DNA of 64,000 bases. It comes from Gammaproteobacteria bacterium (GTDB lineage: Bacteria; Pseudomonadota; Gammaproteobacteria; G965277405). Within the stretch, counting starts at the first letter, position 1; every line of letters begins with the position of its first letter. The DNA is taken from contig OZ255726.1 in NCBI GenBank assembly GCA_965277405.1, positions 1,536,001 through 1,600,000 of the forward strand, read 5' to 3'. The notes below the pieces were generated by a model. The model did not search any database and was not told where the DNA came from. It saw only the letters and a list, made by a program, of their open reading frames with translations. Positions 38,301 to 41,470 of this stretch are shown here, in pieces. The translations under genes and the position numbers were made by a program.

Positions 38301-38469
38301 AGCCAGCAGCTATATGGTGGAAATAACGGCAGATAACAAAATAGTTGCTATTTACGTCTCTTTTAACAATTTAAATGTAGATACGGACCGTCCATTTACC
38401 GATTTACAACAAACGCTTAACACAGGTTTTTATCGCGTCAGTATTGGTCTGCCTGGCATTTTTGAATGA
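11359..38469 (+). CDS. Giant (9036 aa) predicted lipoprotein/adhesin with Ig-like repeats, FN3, about six LamG/ConA-like modules and a discoidin-like insert
   Basis: Uninterrupted 27.1-kb ORF. N-terminal basic region, hydrophobic stretch and lipobox LSA-C (Cys32, 11452-11454). Contains repeated F-x-YTV-xx-GD...DGI Ig-like modules and repeated W-L-D/K...YL-xx-K-Y/W-G modules. Confidence 0.88.
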   Translation: MRIKQMASSLAYTKQYIWRSTAIALLFMLSACTDGAGTVTEENLRQAGLLTKAVITPVITDIVLEKICTAADYTACNNSNNLIDPFAVNQTTIQGDAFVYIFKVVFDSNNEPFLNKATLRTVELDNAEFADATIPVSSLADVNKQADDEDPNNATATELYAQPAFEDRYTYAILKPIAFTGSATTGSGLTITIPAGWVFTVSGKGEPIFNSASFSKTFTIDLLQPKISAISFDPPTVGELVNNGYIGITDAFNKINIYITFNKNMYKKIIKDKDDKYHKNIDTNDDLLEWGDVSHSSIKKYEFQYKSGLTGSNVLIFTLSITPSAASALQHDTKFSLHLASDALVDAVGNVLGGIDQNDDLNIYYQDDTSNTIFTVDALKPQLQIPALAAPQVHNDDVYDGRTEVLGIGDSVSVVLTFTEKVTFNNHNNLRFKVLVSENNYSSINPKYFVLTSPVKQGIQPLESSDKFTLTYTVKEGDGDNNINSEDGRHFANSSGWNSDLADRIDLPEQNLVVYDQAGNSVANLLINSLELPVNGEIDQVIIDGKRPQLGVDGITSRLSRFMSGVLGVESVYIQQNDKLVVGVYSSEKLKTKIDGSNYDFRSGSILTSATAIVDFYNTAGESLNNPITLEYDAELSKINIPHSSTTTIDGSSDVHKDLREKIHKEIFGGDATSFGVADFKYPINRLVFYSALMPDREEAAQLQLTSMQFNNTDVTNLVDFAGNTLQDLDPGGSSVQLNQPIDMGSLQGDFSIEGFNAYQMNDAGTMTAVTTNSKHRYKDYELIADTMFVALHLSRDIGSASTNIDSMSMIATIDTSNDISNTPASNTINVISEAAELGTEYDSSYTNMIFFPFKLPKQADQRLLDTDGISVKIQWGDGIRVAKIKDELGNWLAESGIYYNGSHLMQDMLVDNIDPVCEYKLSGKQLSYATPILFSLAENHNALYFHLVCNEEIGYKYAADIAKIPFIETAFGFATNNTDDTPDFVVRTDFQQLSPNNNLVFSLPVKPGYQAYGHKLRIRNKSVQRYYDVTANEVKKERIFTDAAGNPITTYFATAPNDRYITPSEFTTYEQTDSPAIVTNVDIVFDTRAYPKTVTFYRASAGYPKDHPADTSGKILVSTRYKQFGVEITFSDKTGTDRNIDVAGLNQDAQFDYSLPMQMTDSNLAVTLASKVVNIAANSKTVKFVFDLDDFPGTIYENLKFDTASIHALIDNNAIPKIKTINNFTNISGTKYSITQPVSLLFQDTDISNDFFNKVQVNNVVPEFEDNVKIYYIEKQDPSSDTDPLYQELDIRADNGDLNYGTFYIALRTDAALTVRPKIWDVESEEFVEHDVQNVMLNFYAADLPVTANYVLPTEFHEKTGSTSSDAQMMYFAFDFNAVAQAGRDFKFYQASATTTTDRATYISGNDTAYLVDRFHNSIDVTSLSNAFSLDKTYTVNLVATKNIVNVEFVDDDFVTYQFDNGRPFYSNGDTIKLRVDFNTLITYAEFDNEVYAIDIEVADQDNSSDKKKLFLEKTLSGISTDASGNLHSYLIFSKRITDSMEFNADSRSSAFKLITVSDNIYLCARNEIDNTEVANSEPHLDCANSMLVKAASVDGSGAPLSSRFSQQQVDTIERLRINSKLNYVRDDGNDKPVVAAYTREKDSSNTLVADSENKVVALDASKPLRHGDKLLFEFIVDLDQIYDFTSASLPTNRLVVKENNENLAKLNIQIARSSNGYDLLPVTIALNENSSEYNDSAVLFEYTVKKGDLSNIQITKPSNQHISVDTLTINTADLFVAKTAIVDEIHQNHIDSKFENPVDVTFDFIIDTRPYITAIKVVNNFNNTIYTKNDQLKVQLTFDQLVMPSAAVSTTTSMLKVNLSSDSLAATCRAEFALAYNNHSGNTIDFQGALPADCHQYDTAAQLVVAEFYNNITADLSTSAYWYSAEISVAATSDRLLVDQRLDVSVADGGIKLYTKPLTFVSAQIGKVATTNHSCSAAPSLPPIKIKINDTLCVQLSTQNNTATNNDTPPLYLVTENNSPQLILQGFGVDGMPQEIAFTQPQVINGANATDTSTDIVFTHTITSNSAWLTNPANTKYTYIYNGAVKLFNADNADNAGELTAPADHHYVRHVNSIQVLGSDINTPSFNLVASADAIQRALTAFNTNFYVDTRSIYYTIDTSTIQPVSAPYLLQDKITFTMNMSGDEQIGERSIGDFRLLADLSSDRADTATLEIEFALIDTPTATLKFVSVALPPDNNGSYTLRNFRPKPNTSDLISNSTRATINYDKFNDIAANIKLNTGTIALDSIALQLTNNSDDVNIASYLANVTSYIDLANQPQLLTTADIGKYLLFTVSSSEANTKETPLKKPELELGLRFVLDRSNDIISHRTAEFVDLIQQENDDYTADAIFKYQIQDGDYSNTTVNDTLLFGKIQFNTANAELLFAGITDDNYFSADGGSAVALDTTNLNTSIEAFADNLQINTANDFASLTIIAEDGGVTRASTVYVQEESIYLTLDSQPALLYFDPATATQQHAYLDVSVDGVNAQGSTTSSTLRFQLQSFATTGEQRIKFKANVAALLAQYNGITPDNPLTFKFSTATITMPASATGTTVQIYRQVNGKKTYLHNKLCHAAANNCSIQNKSLSFNLNKLKITAIAIKGAHAPTVVADTPAAEIAAIEENYNTSASVVVNNQPARNGDDLRTGDYLIFEVTTNADDISADLANDQQLKYVTFTIEDYQQQPKILSSILPTALAQYATYRRPIIQANTTIGFRFYYKIQRGVFANIAFQEKDYPNISIGYSAADNSTFMPHGVAGALVARSFHPNGNNLTEKVLKLTSERNQFNVSNDALVVDTRIRVTAVAIDAAYNRATQLIGTHPDSDKTITVTLDHRVTAGTGFAATAVRLHADFANFTPNIVGGTDYSTDFWIQEDNRTRFTSGVNSSDTIQFTLTGRHGRAGPHTRVLDYAQDTVNAEGNAEGYTLTFNSLAINTIDLYWEEEDELRTFVDWSIDIDGNNSNSNIIQGIKITANAAELQTIEVSTDASNQPLQVGDNIVLLAKIATESGFDLTIDATTDLSLKFKIQSFTKENQGELVSKTAAFASWITDDTVDDTLDDTPAKNIGAKFVYTVAAGDLYNLRFPMLQQNTAVQALYTIGADLSFDVARLFNKPIDSGNGNPINTTATTLANPASISINTAPTATGMQLNSAFNSAVEYVDNANANTLYVTLTYPDDSIDVAKTRAYSNSALHVTVNGHDRTFDSIPSNTFKVGANDVAEFTANTLSYQYVFDISADNNDFSTDTLLTVQPVRMVFDNNGVIENSDKYAGMTEVLTQQGQGFMPLFNDFTAMPAADIFSEDYDFRAGVFEFSTDVLLDYSENSENDSDNIHSTATENSENGSDDLIYLGERDVLHIYISTTTANNNLRSFTQVSEDNQDNQDNQEPTAEINTIMLRMASGTLIARQATQSVCFANGMQTAATATCNFMRFDVTLPNYADSSTDAANCISIGSATCGVSNVASLLIQDQGNTEYTTSLVVEQLTPSAASAANADFTTRHAIRNHIKTGNEYGVSLADRIVVEPTPARVSPTFDVDTVAEFKVSWQDVAHASKYILTYNVSGDSDATTDIIAFNSDSENNDITFAGIAGKMYIISITAVNAAGKYLPPLPNYRTLTQYASLPTIADVSIDVLTKAGETKTVAADNKYQLVAGEKIQFTFQLNIDISGDPSTRQEFNTNIGGKRFAIQFYFGDKLRSLSNLAIAEATDHKKLYFQYTVQQDDVAEYVTLANPVAISLLDSGFPLQNIKGTNIINYTIPLDDADTAQLGRLNVANTSPTVIAIQTSENVAYSTEANANGLIDIWVYFNKAISYASPNNNAAPSITFTADIEGEDNTAQDLQARYQSISGNTALFRIDLAAADNDKNWSSNELRLTANEIANHNSLQNADKTQSINPDIALFKKDFIVTLQHVQQDAESASDVVITQTSSRAGIFGVGELLTFTVATKTPVMVWAGELLLHATFNNAANNAANNAANNAASTDGTRRIPYLYSTHAGTQHVFGYRTKTADIGTSSIDINRVQSYVMGRYSGTGDIFVTQSTAQSPIQTTGANAAVAFAKTINKNFVIQIVATAGDSNSSAYKLISAIKFDGSSVTTCGGTAPICAITDTANNGKYQTVTVNDNDNDNGSDNVDATVSTSNGAYVFAGSALKAENTINVAAKPKLTIVAVLSNVTFANTEHPPTHTVFKNPLLSFIGIGELGTEYTIALDVQKDRSHGLGLYCGGGCYISYRLSTLQQDSLAGDDKNILVIEHYSGAADQTRFQAQDISISLNGDSLTIVQDSQHANSNIAISNFATYIGGRAIFSSSPLTAVKPAIDDTLNTIALGSFHLYDFSVFTAAMGSLLPCYIDVLGRKYASVAKWQSTLVDQSVCNVRQSIAAGVAAANLVLWLDPDPTYLDFSSDGRVDTWLDRSGRNHHASVDIVRTRNMRSIAAKFSNGQSLLITDASSATGSANREYFENALTNDQRSTINFATANRAAGETIYTAANYFQQDVHRYYHGVFSEDDFSEDSQQLTAFAVFITPTSNSKPQPRSLFLLDNEPDDSAYRALTPNSFEVFRFGSNYPQQILGTFDANTIIGYPHGLYAGKTVPVPLMRTLATKYYATENSDPFSTYSTEKPRLIAKEYSWQQYATSQITTLAVRVNLANSPANSYQYSINGSDFITDFDSAARATSFNGYALGLLQDAQGAVFDNSYDTGIAWGDVLVYDTALSNTQLRQVFQYLQLKYASHFTQSVFASNLPNILTSEGLLIYATANTEFLNKYKNNTAIGRDDQQGFYKVWGQANENWSLDQDHFRGYTEGFSAGGVPGKLWVNSLTGSDSRSNQYGDYRKPDSLFVTIADTSQLDNREFLTWSYKDSSYNFPTSKYIGVEGNYDVERIQRIYKFAEIGEVGLISLKYINGINSRGFSKNVRIIIAANEAFTQNVRKQDLRAIQTSTSNSRHVYGTAAPIQINNGEFVAVEFLTPSKQLNYAENIWFSFSPDKVEYNQQLELLDATVRSFQNIPNLSVIACPSCVLSSRPAGNKQGLHAPTAAANGFTYTDANLGESATQVAEKNLLIAFGIGSNGCTPQAVTHLYQETNPAASTVDIAVICAASQASNPQLSITLTAAGFGFSDFSQGVGGDNQNLSQNSSANTHTFTVDISADSDHLLGLVLEPNSRYLLTIDDQILVDSTSTWGTGVFKPWSPATNQTHGLNHAPAQTNQQALAIWLYELRVIYASPYTNATSEFARHLNAMAIEHGFPVPKSIAFAYENFSWNRAHDLFANNPVFLANTGKYQGKSTTIASDADISFSVDESLFQGKQQQFLIYADNGNSFTQAANIADNFTPQAIANISAVSNKGWRFFSNVSLGTTTVTMPSPSDSHSNSYVLVLDANNNGVDAADRRIPLSSTHATATNTPHKLFGQLPISAGRSSVYVAIINPAIYTSAQALLVTPGSYTTGSKIEATLTLAKPVDISYDATVTNASPATLDFIFSNAGGDNPQPQQATLNYPLAASTELVFSYTVLAGDSNANGAVLLPANPAINWGTGLVITKPSTTAGVTVLPSLAGITFTGTRVYVNTSPPQPVAVHVENNQIWYGLDAKIAIGVLFDKYVTIATTAATANNPAIALTIDKKDGTTTTVQAIATRADDKKIIFEYVVETGLFDSDGITLQQQQTEEVTISNFANITTYGLAATTGNITALASGIGRQIKVDSQAPILTSARFDVADYTLTIGDTLAVALEFSEEVALTNAGIKLRLPNIDGSRALSLTAISARDTLASTHRFMLAVTDSNFIFPSPPQLQVVNATAIHDIAGNQLAAHTAKTIAGTAVGFENTTKATIIQAQVLAPPFADGHYVLALTYNRAVHVQPNAVLSVALNIGVNNAGATPATRSMAALVNHHTLEFNLGSNVTALSANDTQLSIISSNPCQATAATTTAAAVATTTACIVDSAKQAADYSFAAFASNIALDKIIPTTNALPIQGLQGWYYPSDDQGFVATAGCESASNALSCLRDIHGANHVEFLDPAVSPNITNTHKPTFVSPGLVFHNSVGIAKNEFDATNGITIAAVFVPSQDATADSCLLAVGDANNSMRLCYQYTSSTDSIHTYTITATNGNNTATIAATTAAAIADAAIFTVVSATATTLTLATSANVTDDDTSAAAALPVAAQLVLGHASAAGGAAIQQPFIGSLQELVVYNSGKNSCEIANIASAMRSKPTSLPCVTNLAGLTDAEISANDTTPSIAFWLRPEDLNFNADRSYTWRANTHTDSPTAITSKPKLTSLRQLSKDPVFGGLRVGNDDPSGDYQWQHEAEEHRNPALTIPGPLMGVGLTVANNIIYIVAKFKAKGCLLILGYVDEISDHQERENNVIPCGMSSHRMKTPFAVAQTVIAAKNLLLNTDVVTARMGNIRNAQWFPAQIITIDGRYRQGQTGGLSINGYTNNQTFRHQGNAGYGTIIHDYSAFTRGGGTLNEIIVINNAADNLATQQLATKIATYLSVKYGVVADNRYGDIADQSVDLSTIRSSTGMLLSNTNERYTYFSQQNMPRTMASNDRYSFAVLGSDAGLGINNLKAVLTDSPNVHFEAHLLAATNNLIAFNGRILNQGGERLADYEVDWTYLKSFVDDITPIKYSIAQQYEFPLHVYQTTTAAATTVHFDAYVARQKYLLGFDYALYVYDGDGDGDGDISLAGTFYPMTKHEYISDSNNDLYQKQRLSATVTLSDKQFFTVARIRTGSNRPAIWLKAADVDIVNRKWKNAGALPLTLAFDPAAHIEILQQSNGMAALNIQQYRGRQGITPLRVADNFAGHDMPHLYAVIKNDVNAVPAAQRNKYFWQGSSNVNLFAIIPQGQNFSAAASSQDVAWYYDKSWSEDVADWQGIAGRNFADAATLQNSNQANSVWLYRSLGRGLRAHAFGNKLLASNASQQPNSFDAVTQTHTATAPQHLATAPYAPLLQDLDTADQALQRASATKVIDVGYINPAQGKVTTTNVMRAATDYSADSTSNLGMKGRYILLYKNRGPGAFMRLNEIDVMSNGNDISDRIQRNAVDGAGASIKLYSGRQNWTEYTNKNSLMLQEYKLDPSIGDNPSPAQLTTLDDNNELAMETLIDGTNTAVTNAANDPYQCAAGNNRLSSGILINNDLSHGIPHNTATIDQPQHHWFMYGSKRNGSNTPNIQTTSSYEVTNVLFAYPAAIGADNPYDYIRTYGMWIQLDLGKVMPIDYIDLFASCGAEDAAANFAGIQIFVAETTMVDLSKDTASHIQQVLGLAAATTAYSVTVKPFATAAAVTVANNKQRFYASDFRNPNNATNLYKQFATTAGVVTPLQLYLFNGPLQAYAMQNPVIAELLYFPSYTHQAANKKYINSYLAMKHGSWHHPQFFGEAGIISSADSSVYAFANNANYLRATAAATDDTFSHNLIVLGNDPGYQFIRNAGAALVEDGSYNPLTVELLAPAPAYAFIAIADDDGSPGRDMTDYVNTRNGNDISYDVPRRWRIQRTANSPAFRLKFALPPLIAAKAVSAQVIRSHSNSTPIRMSLVGNVAQTDDFASALNGDLTAEFTFAFIFQNDSPIQTNKIKAIKIDADTSRVYVSDETIIIDVEYTEPLQAAAFLNSTSLQLQIGDATADISQVELLSYRNTLRFSYTVQPSHRDADGITVKQLIPGTMRDAQNLALDTTLIASEGTARVNGSTVGVASIRFIAPDPEILQNGAGYSNVGNASIQVLLNQPSSSAQIKVYNNATCTGAAATHNLTSKQRSHIITTASNTTPGTTQYSFKVAPANDLMGDTACAATILSYVYETTKPDLSGDVVVSDPVLPNQARNNFIGLRLKLQFNVPVYKNSVTLDNLRIKTTIPANPSTEHFAADDVLTWITTANSTAKLAQTAYITIGRQTTLPKQATIQFADPTLVIARNGASNDANEIAAQLGYDRLALHIGPVAASVNVIETEANKINNGHTAYGIVGNSVYDSGDRFELLFDTSFDGLTGLTSLTDNQHIQVLRQGDSAASFASAATATHNNNTNKITITLATDSLLPNDTIIVKKAVFGAGVAWDDAIFIVPDKIQPVLLTANIYNPNGTANPYTAGNAIVLGFSEPLRLVQDVTADAFQIKPLNQILDFSVDTSPETLAKGQIRLVINTTQNITAVPTIAVRHSMTTKITDNAGNPYLYLKQTGSAGNRAIEHRLPTSNVPHIGNMTINSGTYTSGDTLTLVMTFNKFVRPSRTAGRGTVTLTIGGKDVLLYYVDGIPDANNSFALTKTVEFATVVSGMIDLDGISLQANTDRQFYNDNPTGFSIGGNALHAIYPAQDFPGVKINAPFRIGNGVAIWLDSADLDADGTRDAPLGFNGLSYMKYDKEGTRKYDITNDDLPESLQVNHFDDMRAVWRSKAAAPWDGLYVINGADMRPPGNIEGKSRYSGRLRVGQHVCRNETPGITPGDNEGSSRGSSCAEVKKYNLYVGEMRLAPLSHEIQQNYFNGLPVIGAVPTEPDSKAIARNSAGYMQHLASTDSSISIANYQPNRLYTDTRVWSIFDKKLEAITELTLMGLIKSIPRFIPTPAGSGRNAADNYNAIFTTRLAAIKGIFLGYLYDSNQVDQNFNTYNLLIGFRGQRPGYNIRPLLGELTNVSSNQRSGYGSDEDVRATQVIPNITEPTLMEAVLALGNNPTRFQMYYGGRQNSNYGSSNSNLTSYTRSSVFASTSISPSRRTPYDPHKAPTIDPFSTAYYPEVLYYSRVLSQAERLVVRNYLKAKWGQLGSMPSGKQTNGWNGDFTSDDKYRFDPTSDTANDISSFRENVTGIVNMTPPPDLLPNRGGAIQNVTDDTSKVAVAQTEDGVVAIQDNSFLLDRGDSIFIGTNHYQPTKRLMTQVNDAYRNIGKVFDYVWAMDIRDLTTIKDGGGVSIIVDISKIVNAIDLALLQQAAEFDENHGNIVYSFSEDISADTATSQLIAKKNNVYLLGAADSGTYSISALSEPMISSYQRIAKASSYMVEITADNKIVAIYVSFNNLNVDTDRPFTDLQQTLNTGFYRVSIGLPGIFE
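23344..23391 (+). repeat. In-frame 12-bp tandem repeat (AATAACGCAGCT)x4, encoding NNAA x4
   Basis: Read directly from the sequence. Confidence 0.95.
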
Positions 38470-38502
38470 GCGTGTCTAGCAAATGCAGCTTGCTATGTTT
38501 AG

Positions 38503-38579
38503 GGAAGCTCTGACTAATTCGCTGAGTGTGCGCGGTTGTTGCTCTTTTTTAGCCCATCATTGCTTTAATCATAGCTGGC
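38503..38579. mobile_element. Short, internally deleted and degenerate copy of the IS5-related MITE
   Basis: TTAG followed by GGAAGCTCTGACTAA on the left; GCCCATCATTGCTTTAATCATAGCTGGC on the right resembles the MITE end GCCCATCATGGACTTAATCAGAGCTTCC. Confidence 0.65.
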
Positions 38580-38633
38580 GTAATGGCAGTTATCTTGTTG
38601 CACAATGCGTGTCAGAGTTGGGCGGTGTTGCCA

Positions 38634-39407
38634 TTATTTTGGTGGGCGCGGGTTATCTACTTGTTGTTGATACAGTTCAATGAGTTTGGCATATTTCATA
38701 TACGAATGGAAGGCGGAGGTTATGGCGACAGTTGTGCCATCAATTCCTTGAAATATCCCGCCCTTGAAAATCAATTTCTTGATAAACGCATACGCGCCAT
38801 GCCGCAATGGCGCGAGTGGCGATGGCTTTTTTTTGCCAGTAGATTTTAATGCCCATGCATCATGAGAGCTGAGCCAATTGATCCGCATTATCCAATGTGA
38901 ATAATTTTCATACGTATAGTGCAGCATGTGGCAATCAAGTTGTTTGATCCGTTTGGCTTTGACACGGGCGTGTTTTTTTTGTGGCAGATACGCTGCAGTA
39001 TGTTTATTGTATAGGCGGATAACATAGTCTGGATAAAATCCCGCAGCACGTATCCAATGACTGCCAACAAAATTTTTGCGTTTGATGGCGTAGCCGTCAC
39101 ATGCTTTAGAAAACGCTAATATGGGTATTTGTTGCTGGGCATCAATATCGAGGCGTTCATCTGCATCGATGCTCAAAATCCAATCGAATTTGGCGTATTG
39201 CACGCCAAATGCCTTTTGTGGCCCGTCGCCTAAATATTCCTGCAGATATACTTCAGCACCATGTGCCTTGGCGATAGCAACCGTGTCGTCTGTGCTCAGT
39301 GAATCAACAACAATCACTTGGTCACACACACCTTGCAGCGATGCAATGCAGCCTGCGATAGTTGCAGCCTCGTTTAAGGTAATAATCGTTGCGGTAATTC
39401 CTGTCAT
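38634..39407 (-). CDS. Glycosyltransferase family 2 (WaaE/KdtX-like LPS beta-glucosyltransferase)
   Basis: IITLNEA, VVVDSLSTDDT, WILSIDADE (DxD motif), PDYVIRLY and HYTY motifs. Confidence 0.88.
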   Translation of the reverse strand: MTGITATIITLNEAATIAGCIASLQGVCDQVIVVDSLSTDDTVAIAKAHGAEVYLQEYLGDGPQKAFGVQYAKFDWILSIDADERLDIDAQQQIPILAFSKACDGYAIKRKNFVGSHWIRAAGFYPDYVIRLYNKHTAAYLPQKKHARVKAKRIKQLDCHMLHYTYENYSHWIMRINWLSSHDAWALKSTGKKKPSPLAPLRHGAYAFIKKLIFKGGIFQGIDGTTVAITSAFHSYMKYAKLIELYQQQVDNPRPPK

Positions 39408-39556
39408 CGTCTGTGCTCAAAAGTTAGCTAATAAATATACCGCCACTCGATGGAAATTGCGATGCTTTACCAGTATGGATTTTAATCAATACGCATAACA
39501 ATAACCAATTATCAGTATTTAAAAAAATAATCAGAGGTTCGCAAAGGGTAACTGGA

Positions 39557-40468
39557 TCAGATTTTCAGTAGCGCAATCGCGATATCAGCAGCTAAAGCAG
39601 CATTGTTTTTGACTAAAGCAATATTGGCTTGTAAGGTTTTACCGTGTGAAAGATCGTTCAGCTTTGCCAATAAAAATGGGGTAACAGCTTTTCCTTGAAT
39701 GCCTTGATCATCGGCTTGTTGCAGCGCAGCTGTAATCAATCGCTCCATAGTTGCAAGCGGTATTTCGTCGCTGACTGCAATAGGATTGGCAATCAACTGC
39801 CCTTGCTGGAAGCCTAGCATACCTCGCAGCTGATGGAGCTTAGCTATTTCCTGCGGGGTATCAACACGTAATGGCGCGGATATAGTCGATGTGCTCGACC
39901 AAAAAGCCGGCAAGAAATCTGCACGGTACGCCATGAGTGGCACACCATGAGATTCAAGAACTTCTACCGTTTTTGGAATATCTAAAATTGCCTTCGCTCC
40001 TGCTGCCACCACACTAACAGGAGTAATTGCCAATTCATATAAGTCAGCTGAAACATCAAAGCTGTGCTCAGCACCACGGTGGACACCGCCAATCCCTCCA
40101 GTGGCAAACACCGCAATATTAGCAAGATGGGCAATTGTCATAGTTGCGGCGACAGTCGTCGCGCCTACATATCCGGCTTGGATACAATGGGCAATATCAC
40201 TGCGGCTTATTTTTTTGGCATCTTGTTGCTGCGCCAGGGCTGTTAGCTCAGCAGTGGTGTGACCAACATGCACAACATGGTTGCTTACCGCAATCGTGGC
40301 AGGGGTGGCTCCAGCGTCAATAATAATTTGCTCCACTGCCAATGCGGTTTCTATATTCTGGGGAAAGGGCATGCCGTGGGTGATGATGGTGCTTTCTAAC
40401 GCAACAATTGGGTCGCCATTTGCCCGTGCTTGAGCAACTGCAGGGCTATAGCTAATTGGCAGTGACAT
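39557..40468 (-). CDS. psuG: Pseudouridine-5'-phosphate glycosidase
   Basis: VALESTIITHGMP, ATTVAATM, FATGGIGGVHRG, DVSADL and GKAVTPFLL signature motifs. Confidence 0.95.
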   Translation of the reverse strand: MSLPISYSPAVAQARANGDPIVALESTIITHGMPFPQNIETALAVEQIIIDAGATPATIAVSNHVVHVGHTTAELTALAQQQDAKKISRSDIAHCIQAGYVGATTVAATMTIAHLANIAVFATGGIGGVHRGAEHSFDVSADLYELAITPVSVVAAGAKAILDIPKTVEVLESHGVPLMAYRADFLPAFWSSTSTISAPLRVDTPQEIAKLHQLRGMLGFQQGQLIANPIAVSDEIPLATMERLITAALQQADDQGIQGKAVTPFLLAKLNDLSHGKTLQANIALVKNNAALAADIAIALLKI

Positions 40469-41411
40469 CTTGATGGCTCACGGTTGTACTGATATGCAAA
40501 GCTGTGTCAGCCAGCGCAAATTTGAGTGCTGCTGCTGGTTGCTGCCCACGCACTTCGGCAGCAATATGCGCCGCCATAAATCGATCCCCTGCACCAGTAA
40601 CACGGGCGACACGCACAGGCGGTGGTATTGCTGTAATCAATCCTGTTGTGGTTGCCTCCGCAGCAGCTAATGCGCCATTGGTAACAAGCGCGCGTTGTGC
40701 TCCAGCCGTAACTAATGCTCGAGCAGCGTCTGCAGCACTGGTGAATGTTTGGTTGGTTATGGTTGCTGCTTCTAGTAAGTTGGTATACATCGTAACGTGG
40801 TTATATTGTAAAAATAAACGCATTCTATCAGCTTTTTCGGGGCTAGCTGGCGCAACACGCAGGTCTGCAGCCGCAAACACTCCTGCATCGATGAATTGTT
40901 GCAGGTTCTCAGCTGTAATATTAGTATCAACCGTAATAATACCTGACCACGGTTGTTGTTGCCTTGCTAACAACCCATTGCGCAAAGGTTGTATAATTGC
41001 AGTGCCGGCAAGCTCTAGCGAATTTGCATCAGCAACCGCCCCGACCAATTGCTGAGCGCTTTCGATTGCCATATACATGCCTGTTGGCAGGCTGTCGCTG
41101 CGATGGACAAAAGAAGTATCAACTCCCATGCTGTTGGCAACTGCAATCAGCTCATTGCCATTGGCATCGTTCCCAACCACGGAGAGTAGTCCAGCATCAA
41201 TGTTTAGCATGCATAATGCGTGAGCAATGTTATAGGCAACGCCGCCTGGCATGCGTATAATCTTCCCTGGCACGTCCGCACCATAGTCCATATGTAGCGT
41301 GGTTTGACCAATAATGTCCCAGTGCATTGCCCCGATGCACAGTACCTGTGGCTGGCGATTATTTGCTGATCTCAATATATGTATTGTTGGTAAATGATGG
41401 GTGAATATCAT
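40452..41411 (-). CDS. psuK: PfkB-family sugar kinase, probable pseudouridine kinase (start uncertain)
   Basis: PGGVAYNIA and VTGAGDRF PfkB motifs; overlaps psuG, consistent with an operon. Confidence 0.8.
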   Translation of the reverse strand: MIFTHHLPTIHILRSANNRQPQVLCIGAMHWDIIGQTTLHMDYGADVPGKIIRMPGGVAYNIAHALCMLNIDAGLLSVVGNDANGNELIAVANSMGVDTSFVHRSDSLPTGMYMAIESAQQLVGAVADANSLELAGTAIIQPLRNGLLARQQQPWSGIITVDTNITAENLQQFIDAGVFAAADLRVAPASPEKADRMRLFLQYNHVTMYTNLLEAATITNQTFTSAADAARALVTAGAQRALVTNGALAAAEATTTGLITAIPPPVRVARVTGAGDRFMAAHIAAEVRGQQPAAALKFALADTALHISTTVSHQDVTAN

Positions 41412-41470
41412 ATTGTATGAGAAACTAGCTAAATGCAAAATTTATTTTAAGGTCAAATTTTAAGGTCAAT

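Noticed and set aside
1-38469. Giant ORFs considered as NRPS/PKS, RTX/MARTX, Rhs or DGR targets
   Set aside because: No adenylation, KS or carrier motifs, no GGxGxD or YD repeats, no reverse transcriptase, and no near-identical TR/VR pair seen.
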